Assembly (NCBI GenBank): GCA_045541375.1
Contig: JAZQJB010000108.1
Span: forward strand, 4,680 to 68,679
Direction: 5' to 3'
DNA: 64,000 bases
Source: Eubacteriales bacterium
GTDB lineage: Bacteria; Bacillota; Clostridia; Oscillospirales; CAG-272
In this document: piece after piece, positions 63,807 to 64,000 of the stretch
Numbering within the stretch: the first letter of the stretch is position 1
Layout: every line of letters starts with the position of its first letter
Notes under the pieces: generated by a model
What the model was told of the DNA's origin: nothing
What the model saw: the letters and a program-made list of their open reading frames with translations, nothing else
Databases searched by the model: none
Translations under genes and position numbers: made by a program

Positions 63807-64000
63807 TTAAAAAATATTTTTTGATAAGATTATTTTCCGCAATCGCTCCCGCGCGCGGAACAGCTTGGATTTCAGCGTTCCTTCCGTGAGTCCAAGCATC
63901 TCGGCGATCTCGGCGTATGAAAGACCTTCAATATCGCGCAGAACGATTATCTCTCTTGCCGCCGCCGGTAGTTCCTCGATAGATCGACGAACCACTTCTT
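63807..64000 (-). CDS. ECF sigma factor, C-terminal part only (gene runs off the window)
   Basis: Region 4 HTH IIVLRDIEGLSYAEIAEMLGLTEGTLKSKLFRARERL. The reading frame is open to the window edge. Confidence 0.75.
   Translation of the reverse strand, partial: EVVRRSIEELPAAAREIIVLRDIEGLSYAEIAEMLGLTEGTLKSKLFRARERLRKIILSKNIF

Overview
This looks like a chromosomal segment of a spore-forming Firmicute, probably Clostridia. The taxon call is inference from gene content: spoVT, spoVAC, a SleB/CwlJ-type hydrolase, yqeG, ymdB, DnaD/DnaI-type helicase-loader genes, and Gram-positive lipoboxes and RBSs. The window is densely coding on both strands. I support about 70 protein genes, a tRNA-Gly/Arg/His operon, two riboswitches (THF and preQ1-I, back to back), and several consensus sigma-A promoters and hairpin terminators. 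Most genes are housekeeping or carbohydrate/redox metabolism: fucO-like alcohol dehydrogenase, three Gfo/Idh/MocA oxidoreductases, malQ, GH38 alpha-mannosidase, GH36-like alpha-galactosidase, galU, xth, nfo, folC, rimI and tsaD. I found no CRISPR array, IS element, integrase or phage structural genes. Six things are not explained by standard annotation. (1) Two tandem ~162-bp structured units lie just downstream of tRNA-His. They are built from inverted copies of the tRNA-His 3' end and show compensatory stem changes. Four iteron-like 10-mers and an AT-rich ECF sigma/anti-sigma-like pair follow them. (2) An ECF sigma/anti-sigma operon continues into two uncharacterised membrane proteins and three translationally coupled paralogous mini-membrane proteins. 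(3) Two large paralogous lipoproteins sit side by side, one with a TlpA-like CxxC domain and the other with six His/Cys repeats. (4) Three lipoproteins share one N-terminal module fused to different C-terminal domains. (5) A secreted metallophosphoesterase ends in a Cys-containing tripartite C-terminal tail and has no LPXTG. (6) An AT-rich orphan membrane gene is appended to the dnaD/dnaI-like operon. All functional calls come from motif recognition by eye. No database search was run.
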